From Parasitella parasitica NRRL 2501 (lineage: Eukaryota > Fungi > Mucoromycota), in the NCBI GenBank assembly GCA_025201805.1, contig MU619387.1, positions 9,892 through 73,891 of the forward strand: 64,000 bases of DNA. Direction: 5' to 3'. A model generated the notes under the pieces. That model was not told the origin of the DNA and ran no database searches. It saw only the letters and a program-made list of their open reading frames with translations. The position numbers were made by a program, and so were the translations under genes. This document shows positions 25,030 through 38,200 of the stretch, one piece after another. How positions within the stretch are numbered: position 1 is the stretch's first letter; each line of letters starts with the position of its first letter.

Positions 25030-25731
25030 AGTTCTTTGGTATCAGTAGAGAAGTAAAACGAGGAGGAAAAAAGTCGAAGAGAAAAAAAAAGCTTGGTCCT
25101 GTATCACGTTTTCGTTTTATACGCAGCAGCAGTGCCCATTGACAGTTGATTTAGTTCTTGTCCTTTGAGGTGCCATAAATGCTCGTCCTACATATAACAA
25201 AGGAAAAGAATGTTGTAGAATGGCATGTTATAAAACAACCAGCAATCAAATAAGGCTGCTAACATGTTCACCAATGTGTTAAAGAATATCTCCAGAGAAG
25301 ACCTTGAGCTGTGAATCGACCTTAGATCGTGATTAAATGATGCCGAGTTTTATACACATAACTTGTTGCTGTTCTCTAGCACACGCAGTTCCTGTGTCAT
25401 ACATGCATATCATGGAGTTAAACCCATCTCAAACATGAGCGGTGCTGATTGACGATTTGAATTCAAAAAGGGAATTGTGCCTAAACATTACAAGCCTAGG
25501 TATCTTTCGATTCTAAGCTTATATTTAACACATTTTCTAAACGTATGCATTCCTTTGCATGTTGTATAATCGTTGAACAGCTTCAATAGATTATGGTTAC
25601 TGATCTGAACTGCACGTCACGAGCATAGTGAGGCTATGTTTGAAATGGGAAGCTTATTTCTCAGCTTCTTGAACCACCCCCATGCCTTCATAATCAAGTT
25701 GTTTTCGACCCGACATTTTTAACTACTAGAA

Positions 25732-26504
25732 ATGGACAAGAACGCACGGATTACAGCGCCTCCCACACCTCATGTAGACATATCTTCACCGCCAACTTTA
25801 CCCACACCGTTGCCGCATTCACACTTGACAGAACAAGAATACACATTCTCAAATGTACCTTTTGACAACATTACAAATTATGATCAGCACGAGCAGTACG
25901 AAGAATCTGCTATTCTTCGTGCAGGTTTAGCCACCAAACCTCGCCTTGTGTTAATGACATCCATTGGATCTTTCTGGGGATTTAGCATTGGGGCATTTAT
26001 AGGAGGTAAACAATCCGGCTTGCAATATCTAGCAGAGAACGCACATAAACTACCCACTACTGTCCAGGGCTGGTATTTTTATCACAAAACAAAAAACTAC
26101 AGAATGATGCTGGGCGGCGTGAAACGAGGCGTGCGATTTGCTGGTAAAACCGGTGGGCTATGTCTGTTGTATGGATCATTGGAAGCAGCATTGGATGATA
26201 TGCGAGGAGAAGCAGATGTGATGAATTCGATCGCTGCTGGTGTGACTACAGGCACTGTATTTTCAGCATTAAGTAAGTTGCTAGCATGGAACTGGTCGAT
26301 CTTGGTGCTAATTGCTTTTGTCTAATAGCGAGATTAACAAGGGGATCTTTCAGATATTCAGTAGTGTTTGGCGCCATTTTTGGATTAGCAGCAGGTGGTC
26401 TTTCCGATTTACATCGATTTGCATCAGGAAATCCACCCTCTTACATCCTGAAATTAACACAGCTGATTGATGGCAAGAAGGAATTAGACAAAAAGGTTGA
26501 ATAA
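25732..26504 (+). CDS. Tim17/Tim22/Tim23/Pmp24-family membrane protein. Exons 25732-26272, 26329-26504
   Basis: LQYLAENAHKLPTTVQGWYFYHKTKNY, Gly-rich TM helices, DVMNSIAAGVTTG. Confidence 0.85.
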
Positions 26505-26817
26505 AATGTATGTTGCTTATAGATCCTGCCTCGTTCTCAAGCATCCAAGAGCATATGATAAGTCTTTGGCAATCAATTTCTGGCAGTGTGTAACACGTCC
26601 GTTGTTGCCGAGATAGCATATGATATAATGGTGATGTGCTGTACATACAACCGTTTCGGTCATACCTTTTATTTTGGGCGTAAATCATGCCTTGACTTGG
26701 GTGTCTCACAAAACCCTAAATAAGAAATGCCGTTTTAAAAAGTGATGCATGTAAAAAAAAGTGCGAAACAAATCGTCCTCGGCTATTCTCTTTTCTTCTT
26801 TAACATTTGCAAAAAAA

Positions 26818-27274
26818 ATGGCAGGAGTAGATCATCAAAAGCCTATTATTGCCAATACAGACAAATTTCAGCACTTGTTTCCTCCAGCAGTAGAAAACTC
26901 TACTGGCGCAACTCCTGCTGCTGACACAGATGAAACCCCCACTTCAAACGCGCCCGCTCCACAGGCCGCTCCTATCCCTACAAAGTCCAAGTCAACAGAT
27001 TCTTTGAATTCCAACGGCTCATCCATTGTATCCTGTAACGCTGGTATTGACTACGTTATTGTCTTTCGCTTCCCTGTCCAATTATCCAAGAAGGATAAGG
27101 CATTGACATCAAGAGCTCAATTGGAGACTAAAGTGGCTTCCTCTTTGACTAGCATCACCAATCGTTTGGCAAAAGTCAACCTGCGTTTCCAAGTTCGTCC
27201 TGGCAAAGAAAACGGAACACTTTTAATATTAGTTAGCAGCCCTGTAGGCCCTATAAAAAAAGAATACAGACAGG

Positions 27275-27310
<36 letters not shown>

Positions 27311-29478
27311 GCAAGAAAATGGCGTTTACCCAACAAACTATGTATCGCCTGAATAGAGTGCGTGATTTTCTGTTGGGTGTTCGAGTGGACGAAATTGGAG
27401 ATGAATCGAACAATACAAATAATGTGGACCAAGCATTTGAAGACTTGACAGAAGCAGAGAGATTGCGCCTTGTCTATGAAATCTTGACCCAGCCTGAATC
27501 AGAAGGAGGTGCAGGCATTTCAGTCGAAGTGGATGATTACGTGGAGAGCATCATGCCATTACATGACGATAAATTCAATAACGTAAGTCTGCATGTTCTG
27601 ATTATTCGGCTTGGAACTGACCATGCAAAACGGTTGGCCACAAAAGAACTGGCTCAAATCCTGGTCTACAAAATCCTTGATCGACGACAACGATTTGCTG
27701 ACAATTCGGGATCATTTTGGCGAGAAGATTGCCTACTATTTTGCATTTCTGCAAAGCTACTTTTTGTGGCTCAGCGCCCCTACTGTTGTGGGTATCCTGG
27801 TTTACCTGACGCATTCAAATACACTGGCTGTTTGGTTTTCGCTCTTCATGTTGCTTTGGGCTATTTTGTTCACCGAGATGTGGAGAAGAAAGGAAGCCGA
27901 GTTGGCGATCAAATGGGGAGTTCGAAACTATTCAAAGCATGAAAAGAGAAGAGCCGAGTTTAAAGGCGAGAAAATGGTAAAGGATCATGTTACAGGCGAG
28001 GATATCCCTTTCGTATCTGCATGGAAGTTGCTTGGTAGACGTCTTGCTGCGATTCCTGGTGTCGCTGTGGGCGCTTTCTTGCTAACGGTCATTGTTGGCT
28101 TCGTGTTTGTTCTTCAGCTCTTCTTGCACGAATACTATAATGGCCCATTTGCAAAGTTCTTGGTAATTTTTGGCTTGTGCTTATATGGTGCACATGTTAC
28201 TGACAACATTTTTACATGTGAAAACATAGCATTATGCTCCTACTGTAGGTTATGTGCTTCTTATCCCTAGCATGACCAAAATTTACAGCAAATGGGTCAA
28301 GACACTAACGGATTGGGAGATGCAAAAAACCGACGCTCAATGGGAATACAGTTACACCCAAAAGATTTTCATTGCAAACTTTTTGGTTGGCTATCTCTCG
28401 CTTTTCATCACTGCTTGGATCTACATTCCTTTTGGCGACCATGTCTTGCCTTATCTCACCAATCTCAACATCAGCCATGAGCACAGAACTGTTGATTTCC
28501 AAAGATTGCGTGCTCAACTTGTTTACTTTATTGTCACTGGACAGCTGGTTGGTTTCTTGACAGAAATGGTTGTTCCTTATGCCATGAAAAACTATGTACC
28601 CAAAGCCAAAAAAATGGTCAGCAAGAAGAAGACGTCGACGTCTTCCTCTTCTGCAAAGGAAAAGAACCTGGTCGCAGCTTTTGAAGATGAAGAAGAGGAA
28701 AAATTCATGAACAAGGTTTATAAGGAAGTTGATATGGAAGAATATGCAATCTACACAGATTACGTAGAGATGGTCATTCAGGTGCTTCAAATTCTGATTT
28801 GAAATCATGTGCTTGTAATTCTTATGCATTTAAATAGTTTGGTTATGTCAGCATGTTTTCTACTGTATGGCCCCTTACTGCATTGTGTGCCATGGTCAAT
28901 AATTGGGTTGAGCTTCGAGGGGATGCTGCCAAGGTCTGCAAATACACAAGGTAAGCTTTATTTTGATACATTTATAAGATGCACGACTCTTCATTTACGA
29001 AACCATTATTAGGCGCCCTATTCCTTACAGAGCTGAAAGCATCGGTCCTTGGTTGGGAAATATGGAAACATTGGTTTGGTTATCCTCAATCACAATGTCC
29101 TCATTTGCCTATCTTTTCCACCCTTCAACTCAAATCCATTCATCATATACTCCTGTTTTTACATTACTGGCCATCTTGATGTCTGAGCATTTATTCATTG
29201 CTCTCAGATTTGGTGTTCGCAAAGCGCTTAATCTGGTTCCAAGCATGGCCGAGTGGTTAGTTCGTAAAGAAGAGTATAATCTCAAAAAGGTTTGGCTTGA
29301 ACGCATGGTTGGCAATCACCAGCAATTCGTTGCTCGCCATAGCCTTGAGATAGAAGATGAGAATTCTGCTTTTGCCGGCGACGATTTGGGCTCCAAGCTT
29401 TGGAGGCACCATTTAAATCGCCAAGCAGAGACTAATGGTGCTATTCAGCTTGTACAAAACGCATTCAAAACCAAGTAA
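26818..29478 (+). CDS. Anoctamin/TMEM16 (Ist2-like) Ca2+-activated scramblase/channel, multi-exon
   Basis: DYVIVF, EAERLRLVY, IMPLHD, IRDHFGEKIAYYFAFL, DYVEMVIQ|FGY, NNWVELRGDAAK, IGPW. Confidence 0.93.
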
Positions 29479-29533
29479 CTAAACCATCGACCTTGCAATT
29501 AATAAACTGCTTTATTTGAACATGTAATAGCAT

Positions 29534-30472
29534 TTAAAAATCCTTTTTCTTTTCATCATAACTAAGATGACCAGGGCCGATAGAAACCAACAGCAATAAT
29601 CCACCCGTAATGCTTAGACATTGGAAAAAGTTGTACTTGGTAACATCCCTCTTGTAATTAGAATGTTGAACTGTCCACCAGTTATTAACAATGACGTTCA
29701 AGATACAGAGGAAGGTCACCAAAAACGATGCAGACCACTTTGCCCTGAACCCAACCACAACCATCACACAAGCCGCGAAACCTACTAACGATACCAATAC
29801 ACGTAAAAGACTCCATTCACCTTGAAAAACAAATCCTGCAAATAACAGAACCAAGAGCACACGACCTGCAAGTTGAAAGTACTGATGACGCTCTGTTTCT
29901 GTCAAGCTAGGAAGAGAGGCAAAGAGATGTGAAGAACTTGTCTGTCTCTTGTTGCGTAAAATTGACTCTGAAAGACACAGCAGTAAACCGCCCAAGATAG
30001 AAAGATTGCGCAAAAAGAAGACCTATACAATTTGTGCATAATAAGATTATGCAAGCACGACCACGACGCGACGAACTTCAATCACACACCCCCCGCCACT
30101 CCCAGGATTCACACTTACCATATTGAACACTAGGCCATAACAAACTGCTTGAGATACAATGACACCAGCAAGCACATAAACTGAGACACTGACATGCTTT
30201 TTGGCTATCAATGTGGATGAAAATATCAACATTGCGAATACATTCAAAATAAGAAACAGATGAGAGATGCCTCTTGGAAATCCTCTGTCCCCTTCTAAAT
30301 AGCTTCTTTGATCTGACCATTGTACCATGATTCGCAGCGAGTCTTCGTAGAAAGTTGCCACTACCAGAAAACGACTGAGTGCCGGAAGATATGGTTTCAC
30401 AGGCTGTCCCAATGTATCCAACGTCTTTTCTATACGAGCACTTGTTTCTCTAATAGTCTCTTCAAAGCTCAT
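29534..30472 (-). CDS. ERV29: SURF4/Erv29 ER cargo receptor. Exons 30472-30119, 30022-29534
   Basis: KPYLPALSRFLVVATFYEDSLRI, FFLRNLSILGGLLL, KYNFFQCLSITGGLLL, C-terminal di-lysine DEKKKDF. Confidence 0.95.
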
Positions 30473-31349
30473 GTTTATTTTTGAATCTAGATGTATCAAA
30501 GGTAGAGAGAGTTGCAAAGAAAAAGAAAGCCTTCATTTATAAAGCCGTATTCACGAAAAGGGGGTGAGCATTTAAATTAATGACACCAGAAAGCGCTTGT
30601 TTAAGGGGTAATCACACTATACTTGATGATTCCTTTTTAAATCATAATCCCCCTTAATTAGACTTTAAGTAGATTTTTTTTTGGAACAAGACACTAAGGT
30701 TTGAACATATCGAATTCTACGCGTACTCATATATGCATATTTGTGTCAATTACTGTATATCCTTACTGACTCTTATTTAATGCAATGCACAAAGACATTA
30801 TTTATAATTTCAACAATTTCGGGGACAGTCTCATGTCCATGGGGCTGGTAAAATACACTTGCTAAAGATAAAAACGAAATTGCGATCGTATTTGCTGAAA
30901 CTTTGTTATCGCGTCATGCAATACGTTAAACTTAATACTAATGAACGCGTTCGGTGTAAAAATCTGCCTTTTCTTTTGCTCTTTTAGGCGCTAGCCATTA
31001 CATGAAATACAAAGATCAATCTCATTTTGCAAGTAATAATAAATTCAAAATAGGTTCAATCAAAGGTGATAAAGGCATGGTTTTTATGCTTTCGTGTATA
31101 CAAATAACAATTGGCATGATGAATATTCGATATTTGCATAATAATTAATCAGGCATAGAGAAACGCACTTTGAATGCCTTTTATATTCCGTTTTATGTTT
31201 TCAATTTGATCTGCATTGCCAGTTCTCCATCTTCATCAGTTATTGTATATCCCCATAGCTACCAATTGAAAGATCAAGGACGGAAACAGCCTCTAGTAAA
31301 ATATATACAGTTTCTACCACGACATAAGCAATCTGAACCCTCTGCGATA

Positions 31350-31720
31350 TTTGCTAATAACTTTTGATAGAGACATTGCCTAGTGGAAATCAAGTTATGC
31401 TCAGATAGCGATGATCATGCCTGTTTTTATAAAGCATAAAACAGGCTTTATGTTGCTCTTTATCGTAGCCTATCAGCATTTATATGCGATTTTCATATGG
31501 TTTCTGCAGATAACTTTACAGATATCAATAAAAACATGAAGGCCAATGTTGTTGCCAGATAGCACCAAGTCAACGCCAAGTTTTCCAAGTTAGATCTCGG
31601 TTCTACAGTCATTTTTGCAAACGTTATGAGCAAATATGTGATATTTATGATAAATATTGAAAAATAAATCTGTTTTTGCAGATAACTTTTGATAGAGACA
31701 TTGCCTAGTGGAAATCAAGT
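31350..31720. repeat. Dispersed ~320-bp repeat, copy B: one full 325-bp unit plus the start of a second tandem unit
   Basis: TAACTTTTGATAGAGACATTGCCTAGTGGAAATCAAGT occurs at 31358 and 31683; similar to the 16.0-16.3 kb copy. Confidence 0.88.
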
Positions 31721-31729
31721 ATCGATCCA

Positions 31730-32150
31730 TAAGCGTATATCATTCCTTGTATAGTCTTATCCAGTTTATATTAATAGTACATGTCTGAGTGTATATCACT
31801 TGGTATTCATCTTAGCATATATCGGTATATGTAGCATGTCTATAGCATGTCATAAGCATATCTATAGCATTGCACATATTGTACAAGTCTGTAGTACATG
31901 ATTTATCTGTAGCTAGTATCATGGATATAAGTATATGTCTTGTAGTGCGTATCTAGAAACTGGGAATACGCACCTGAAGCATGAATCTTATATAGCATAA
32001 GCTCGTAGCATACACTAGATTTAGTAAATGTCTAAGGCTCGTGTCGAGATATAAGTATCAGTCTATAGCGTCATCCATCCAAATGGTGCCATCTCTAGCC
32101 TATATCTTATATAGTATAAATCTGTATTGTACATCTTATTAACTGTGCAC
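31730..32150. repeat. Degenerate minisatellite of TAGCAT(G/A)TCTA-like units adjoining repeat copy B
   Basis: tagcatgtctatagcatgtcataagcatatctatagcatt and many diverged tagta/tagca units. Confidence 0.6.
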
Positions 32151-32517
32151 ATATGCAAGAGTGTTTTACAATTTCTTATTTGGTTAAGCTTCTTGATCGA
32201 GTCGGGCAAGATTACTGCTCATCACGAGCTTTTGCATGATTTACACAAACCCAACAAGGAGAAGCCACCAGTTATCAAAAACTATCTTTGACGAGGCCAA
32301 GGCTTTTAATAAGTTGAAGAATAAGGGATTTGAGCACTTTTCTACTATAAGATGGTAATTGCATCCTGAAATTAATATATCTAGTGTTAAACCAGAGTAC
32401 AAATTCAACCCATCGCAGGTGGTTTGTCAATGACGGATGGTCACATTCATTCATCTCGAAAGTGAAATTTTTTCTTTGACAGCTGGTTGTTCCTCTTTAC
32501 TATACAAACCACCCAGC

Positions 32518-34623
32518 ATGGCCGACACTATAGATCCATCTCGCATGTGCAGCGTTGGATTACTGACGACAGAGTGCTTTGATAATCTAGAAGACTTTAT
32601 CTCACAGGCCGAAGATGCTGGCCATGATTTTATCGTTACACCCATATCTCATCCCACTTTTAGACGCGTATTGAACGAAGACAAATCGACTAACGAACAA
32701 GATCAAAGAAGCTGGAAAGATAGGCCTGTATTTGATCGTGAAGATTTGGTCATTCAGTCTGCTGGTACTGTAAATATACAACGGTTGAAGCGATCACTCA
32801 CTTAACTAATTCTCTTTCTATTAGCATTCTCTTACAAAGCTGTTGGATTGTTGGCCAACTGGACACAACTTGATTCAAGCAACCCTGAAACTAGAATTTG
32901 CTCAGAGTTAGCTTTAAAGCAAGAGATAGACTGGGCTTGCCACATCAGCCTATCTGGCCTGATCTTTCCTGCTCTGCCCAAGGGTGTTTTATTCAACACT
33001 GCTCGAGTTATCAACAGTGCTGTCAAGTCCATGTCATACACACAATTCTTGGTTCAAGTCCCCGTAGCCGATAAAGACAATGTCCAAGGAAACCTTGGCT
33101 GGAAGCAATGGAATAGATTTAGAGCGCTGACAGAATATAATACCAAAATCCATGTCGCTCTTGAGATCACTTCAGAATTACCTTCAGACAAGCAACTGCT
33201 CGACATGTGGCTAGCCGAGCCTATCAAGGCCGTGATTGTCCCTGCCGAAATTTTTGTAGAGAATCCCAAGGGGTATCCCGTTTTGCCAAAACCTCACCAA
33301 AAATTCATTCAGAAACTGATGGATAAGATGAAGCCAGACATGATTGTCACTCTGCCAAAATCAAAAATCCACAAAAAGGCTACACCTTCGTCTTACAGCG
33401 AATACATCAGCCATTTAAACCGCAGACTACCACCTTTACAGGATGTAGATCACTTTGCGACAGGCTATCAAGACTTTCTTCAGGCGCCATTGCAGCCTCT
33501 GATGGATAATTTGGAAAATCAGACTTATGAGGTTTTTGAAAAGGATCCCATCAAATATCAGCAATACGAAAAGGCAGTGTACAAGGCGCTGTTGGATCGT
33601 GTCGAGCATGGATCAGACTATACGACAACCATTATGGTGGTAGGTGCTGGCAGAGGCCCACTGGTCAACTGTTGTCTTCGTGCTGCTGAAAAGTCCGAGC
33701 GCAAGATTCATATTTACGCATTGGAGAAAAACCACAATGCCTTTGTAACGTAAGTGGTTAAAAATCATGTCATCAAGCCCCTTTTGTCTTGACAAATCAT
33801 GATGTGTGTTTAGGCTGCAAAATGCCAAGGCTGATTTATGGGGGGACAAAGTTACATTGGTGTTTGCTGATATGAGAAAGTGGACGCCTCCAACTAAGGT
33901 AAAAGAGACGAGATTGAAAATTTCAGTCCTGGCAAGGATAATTAAATGGGGTTTTAGTGTGATATTTTGGTGAGCGAGCTTTTGGGTTCATTTGGCGATA
34001 ACGAGCTTTCACCCGAATGTTTAGATGGAGCACAGAAATTCATCAAAGACGGTGGTATTTCGATTCCAGCAAGCTACACAGCATTCGCCTCACCATTGGC
34101 GTCTACGAGATTGAACAATAATGTGGCTGCTTACAAAGATCTGGAGCATTACGAGACTCCCTATGTAGTCATGTTCCAGCAGGTGTGTGAGTTGGCAGAT
34201 CCCAAGCCACTTTGGTCCTTTAAACATCCCAATAGACAGGGCGATATTGCAGCAGACGGGGACCCCATGAACAATTTACACAATGTACGATACGGCCACG
34301 CTGAATTTTCAGTCAAGCATGATATGATGATGAACGGCATTGCTGGCTACTTTGAAAGCGTGCTTTATAAAGATGTGATGATCTCGATTCGCCCACAAAC
34401 TCACTCGCCTGGAATGTTTAGTTGGTTCCCCATCTACTTCCCCATCCGCACACCAGTTCAGGTGCCTAAAGGATCTACAGTCTCACTTCAATTCTGGCGT
34501 TTGACAGATGCCAAAAAAGTCTGGTACGAATGGACTGTCACCGTTCAGGGTCAAAATGACCAAGAAATGGCAACTTTACCCATTCATAACGTAGGCGGTC
34601 GCTCTTATTATGTTGGCTTATAA
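32518..34623 (+). CDS. PRMT5: Protein arginine N-methyltransferase 5 (Hsl7/Skb1), 4 exons
   Basis: YQDFLQAPLQPLMDNLENQTYEVFEKDPIKY, VVGAGRGPLV, VSELLGSFGDNELSPECLDG, PGMFSWFPIYFP. Confidence 0.97.
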
Positions 34624-34700
34624 AATAGATATGAATTGTGTGATACAACAGGACATGTGTTAAATAATCATTCCGAAAAATAGTTGCGACTAGAAATTAG

Positions 34701-34702
<2 letters not shown>

Positions 34703-34736
<34 letters not shown>
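34703..34736. repeat. (GT)n microsatellite
   Basis: Directly visible. Confidence 0.95.
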
Positions 34737-34739
<3 letters not shown>

Positions 34740-35219
34740 ATCTAACGGGTTGTGGTATTGGTTTCGAGGTAGAATGTTCATCAGGGAGTAATGGCTCGTG
34801 CGCTTAAACATTCAACATGATTGTTTCCGAGAACCTGCCTGGTAATATGCATGTCGATGCATCATTTTTTTTTTTTTTTCTCTGTTGTGAACAAAGGATG
34901 AAACAGCAGTTGGATGCTACGGCTGCCAATTACTGACTTGCCATATGCTGCCGGATCTAGTTTACCCGTCTATATTTTGTGATATTCATTATTACAACCT
35001 CTGCTGTCCATTTCTTCTGCCCTGCTTATTCATTATCCGAATTTTTTCTTTTTCGCTATACTTCTTTCTCCCTTTTCTCTTTTACCAATATAAAAATACA
35101 GACTTGGAGCGAAATTCCCATTTGATAAAAACCCACCGTCTGTTTACGTTTTTGACCCTAATCTCTATCTTTCCACCCACCAGCCCAGCACTTTGTGGTA
35201 GTCAGGACAACAACCCACA

Positions 35220-38200
35220 ATGAATACACAACTACGGTTCAAGGCATTGTTTTCGAAAAAGGCCAAACAAAGGCTCCAAGATGAAAGGGCCGAAAACGAA
35301 ATCAAACGAACCGAGTCGACATCGTCGTATATGCAGAGACGAAGAAAGATATATGTGAACATGTCGCCGCCATCATCTGAATACGACGACAAGGGCAACC
35401 TGGTTGATCACTCGTATGCGTCCAACCGAATCCGAACGGCAAAATACACGCCATTATCGTTTGTGCCCAAAAATCTGTTTGAGCAATTTAGAAACATTGC
35501 AAACCTGTACTTTCTGTTTCTTGTCATTTTACAATGTATTCCCTTATTTGGTGTAACGGAGCCTGGTGTCTCTGCTATCCCGCTTATCGTCATTTTAATC
35601 ATCACAGCGATCAAGGATGGAATCGAGGATGCAAAGCGAAACCAGTCTGATCAGAAAGTAAATAGAGCGAAAACACTGACGCTGAGTCACTGGAAAAACG
35701 TAAACATACCCGATGAAGTAAAGAGCAAGTTTCATGCGCTTCATGTGTTTCTAGGGTTTTTTTGCATGCTTGCAGGTGTCGATAACAGATTTACGCACGC
35801 CTACCGCCTGTCGACAGCCAAGGATATGCCTGCGTCAAAGGTGGAGCTGAATTTCGACGACGATAAATCACCCCTCAACGAAGTCGATGAAAACGCATCC
35901 TCTGAAAGCGCTTCTTTGAGCGGGGAACAGCACGATGCAGAAGAACAAGAAACAGCAGCAGCAGCAGCTTCTCCTGATTTCCTGGCGCCTCCTCAACAAA
36001 AGAATTTCTTGGGCAAAGTAAGACAGAGATCAGATACGATTGGATCAGCTTTCAACCAAATGTTCAGCTCGGCTGCTCGCAAAAAGTTCTATCGACCAGG
36101 CACAATCCCTCACTCAGTCTTGCACAGAGCCCCAACACCGAGCATTCGACGTCCATCATCCTCGATTCACCCAGGCGCTTTAAAATGTTCCGATCTGCCA
36201 GCTGGCGACCCCCCTGTTGAGAGTTGCAAAGTGTGGTGGCAAGAGGTTCAGTGGCAAGATCTCCAAGTTGGCGATTATGTAATGATTAGAAATGATGAAA
36301 ATGTCCCAGCTGACGTTGTTATTTTATCAACTTCGGAAAAGGACAATCTCTGCTATGTCGAGACTCAAAATCTCGATGGCGAGACCAATTTAAAGGTGCG
36401 AGAAGGGCTCAAGGCAACAAGCGAATTACGATCGGTGCACGATTGCGAGCGAGCCTTTTTCTATTTCGAAAGCGAGCCTCCACACGCAAACCTGTATTCA
36501 TACAATGGCGTCATGCGCTGGAATATCGAACGCCCTGTAGAAGCCCCAGACGAAGAGGAAGAGGTTGTTTTCCACCAAAAGACTGAGGCTGTGACATACA
36601 ACAATCTCCTATTACGTGGCTGCGTGCTGCGAAATACGAGATGGGCCATTGGTATCACTATATTCACCGGCGATGACACTAAAATCATGCTGAATTCCGG
36701 TAAAACGCCATCAAAGCGTAGCAAGATGGTAAAGGCAACAAATCCGCTCGTAAGTGCTGCTAGAATATAAAAAATTCATACAACTAATCGCTTCACGACC
36801 AAATAGGTAATCGCCAATTTTTGTCTTTTGGCCATCTTGAGTATTATATCATCTGCATTAGCAAGTGCATTTTTCAACGCTCCTGGATCAGCTCGGTTCT
36901 TTGATTTTGGGATCGAAGGCACAAACAATTCTTATCTTGGTTTTATTACATTTTGGGTCACCTTGATTCTATACCAGAATATTGTGCCCATTTCCTTGTA
37001 TATTTCAGTAGAGATTGTCAAGACAATAGCAGTAAGCAGTTTTTGCTCTTGGTCCTAAAAATGCAACTAACCGCGTGAATGTGTGTGTGTGTGTGTGTGT
37101 ATTTATAGGCTTACTTCATCTATGCAGACATCGACATGTACTATGAGCCGACAGATACGCCTTGTATCCCCAAAACGTGGAATATCTCTGACGATCTCGG
37201 TCAAATCGAGTATATTTTCTCTGACAAAACGGGCACACTGACTCAGAATGTCATGGAGGCAAGGAAAGGCACAGTCAATGGCGTATCTTACGGCATTGGC
37301 AAGACAGAAACCTCTATAGGCGCCGAAATCCGTCGTGGATCTACGTTCTCTGAAAAGCATTTGGACGACGCCAATCTCTCAGACATGAATGTAGCCCGTA
37401 GAAAAATGTACGAGAAGCAAGACGGACTCTTTGACAACAAGTATTTGGGGCCGAATCCTACGTTTATCGATCCCAAGTTCTTTGATGATTTAGGCCAGCA
37501 AAACGTGCACTCCACAGCAATGATCCACTTTTTCACCTCATTGGCATTATGTCATACAGCAATTGCAGAACGACCAGATAAAAAAAATCGACACATCATC
37601 GAATACAAGGCTCAATCACCAGATGAAGCTGCGTTGGTCGCTTCTGCGCGAGACTTGGGCTTTGTGTTTTTGGGGCGCGAGTCCAACACACTCACTGCCG
37701 AGATTATGGGAGAAAAGAAGAAATACGAGCTGCTCAACGTATTGGAATTCAACTCGACTAGGAAGCGCATGAGCGTCATTATCAAACCGCATGACAGCGA
37801 CAGAATTGTTTTGCTGTGCAAGGGCGCAGATTCTGTCATCTACGAGCGTCTTTGCAGCGATTTTGGCGACCAGCAGGCGCTGGAAAAGCAGCAGATGGAA
37901 CTGCAGGCCAGTACGGCGGATCATTTAGAAGATTTCGCAAATGAAGGCTTGCGTACACTCTGTTTATCGTATAGATTCATTTCTCCTAGCGAATACAAGA
38001 CTTGGAACAGACGGTTCCAGGAAGCAAGCGCGGCTATTTACAACCGTGATGAAAAGATTGAAGAGGTATCGGAAGAAATCGAGAGCAACATGTTGCTGAT
38101 GGGCGGAACTGCTATCGAAGACCGTCTCCAGGATGGCGTCCCTGAGACTATTGCCAAACTAGCGCAATCTGGAATCAAGCTATGGGTGCTTACTGGCGAT

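Noticed and set aside
15990-32150. Repeat copies as CRISPR array or centromere core
   Set aside because: Eukaryotic locus, similarity extends across whole units (no unique spacers), gene-dense context, no flanking LINE-like elements seen
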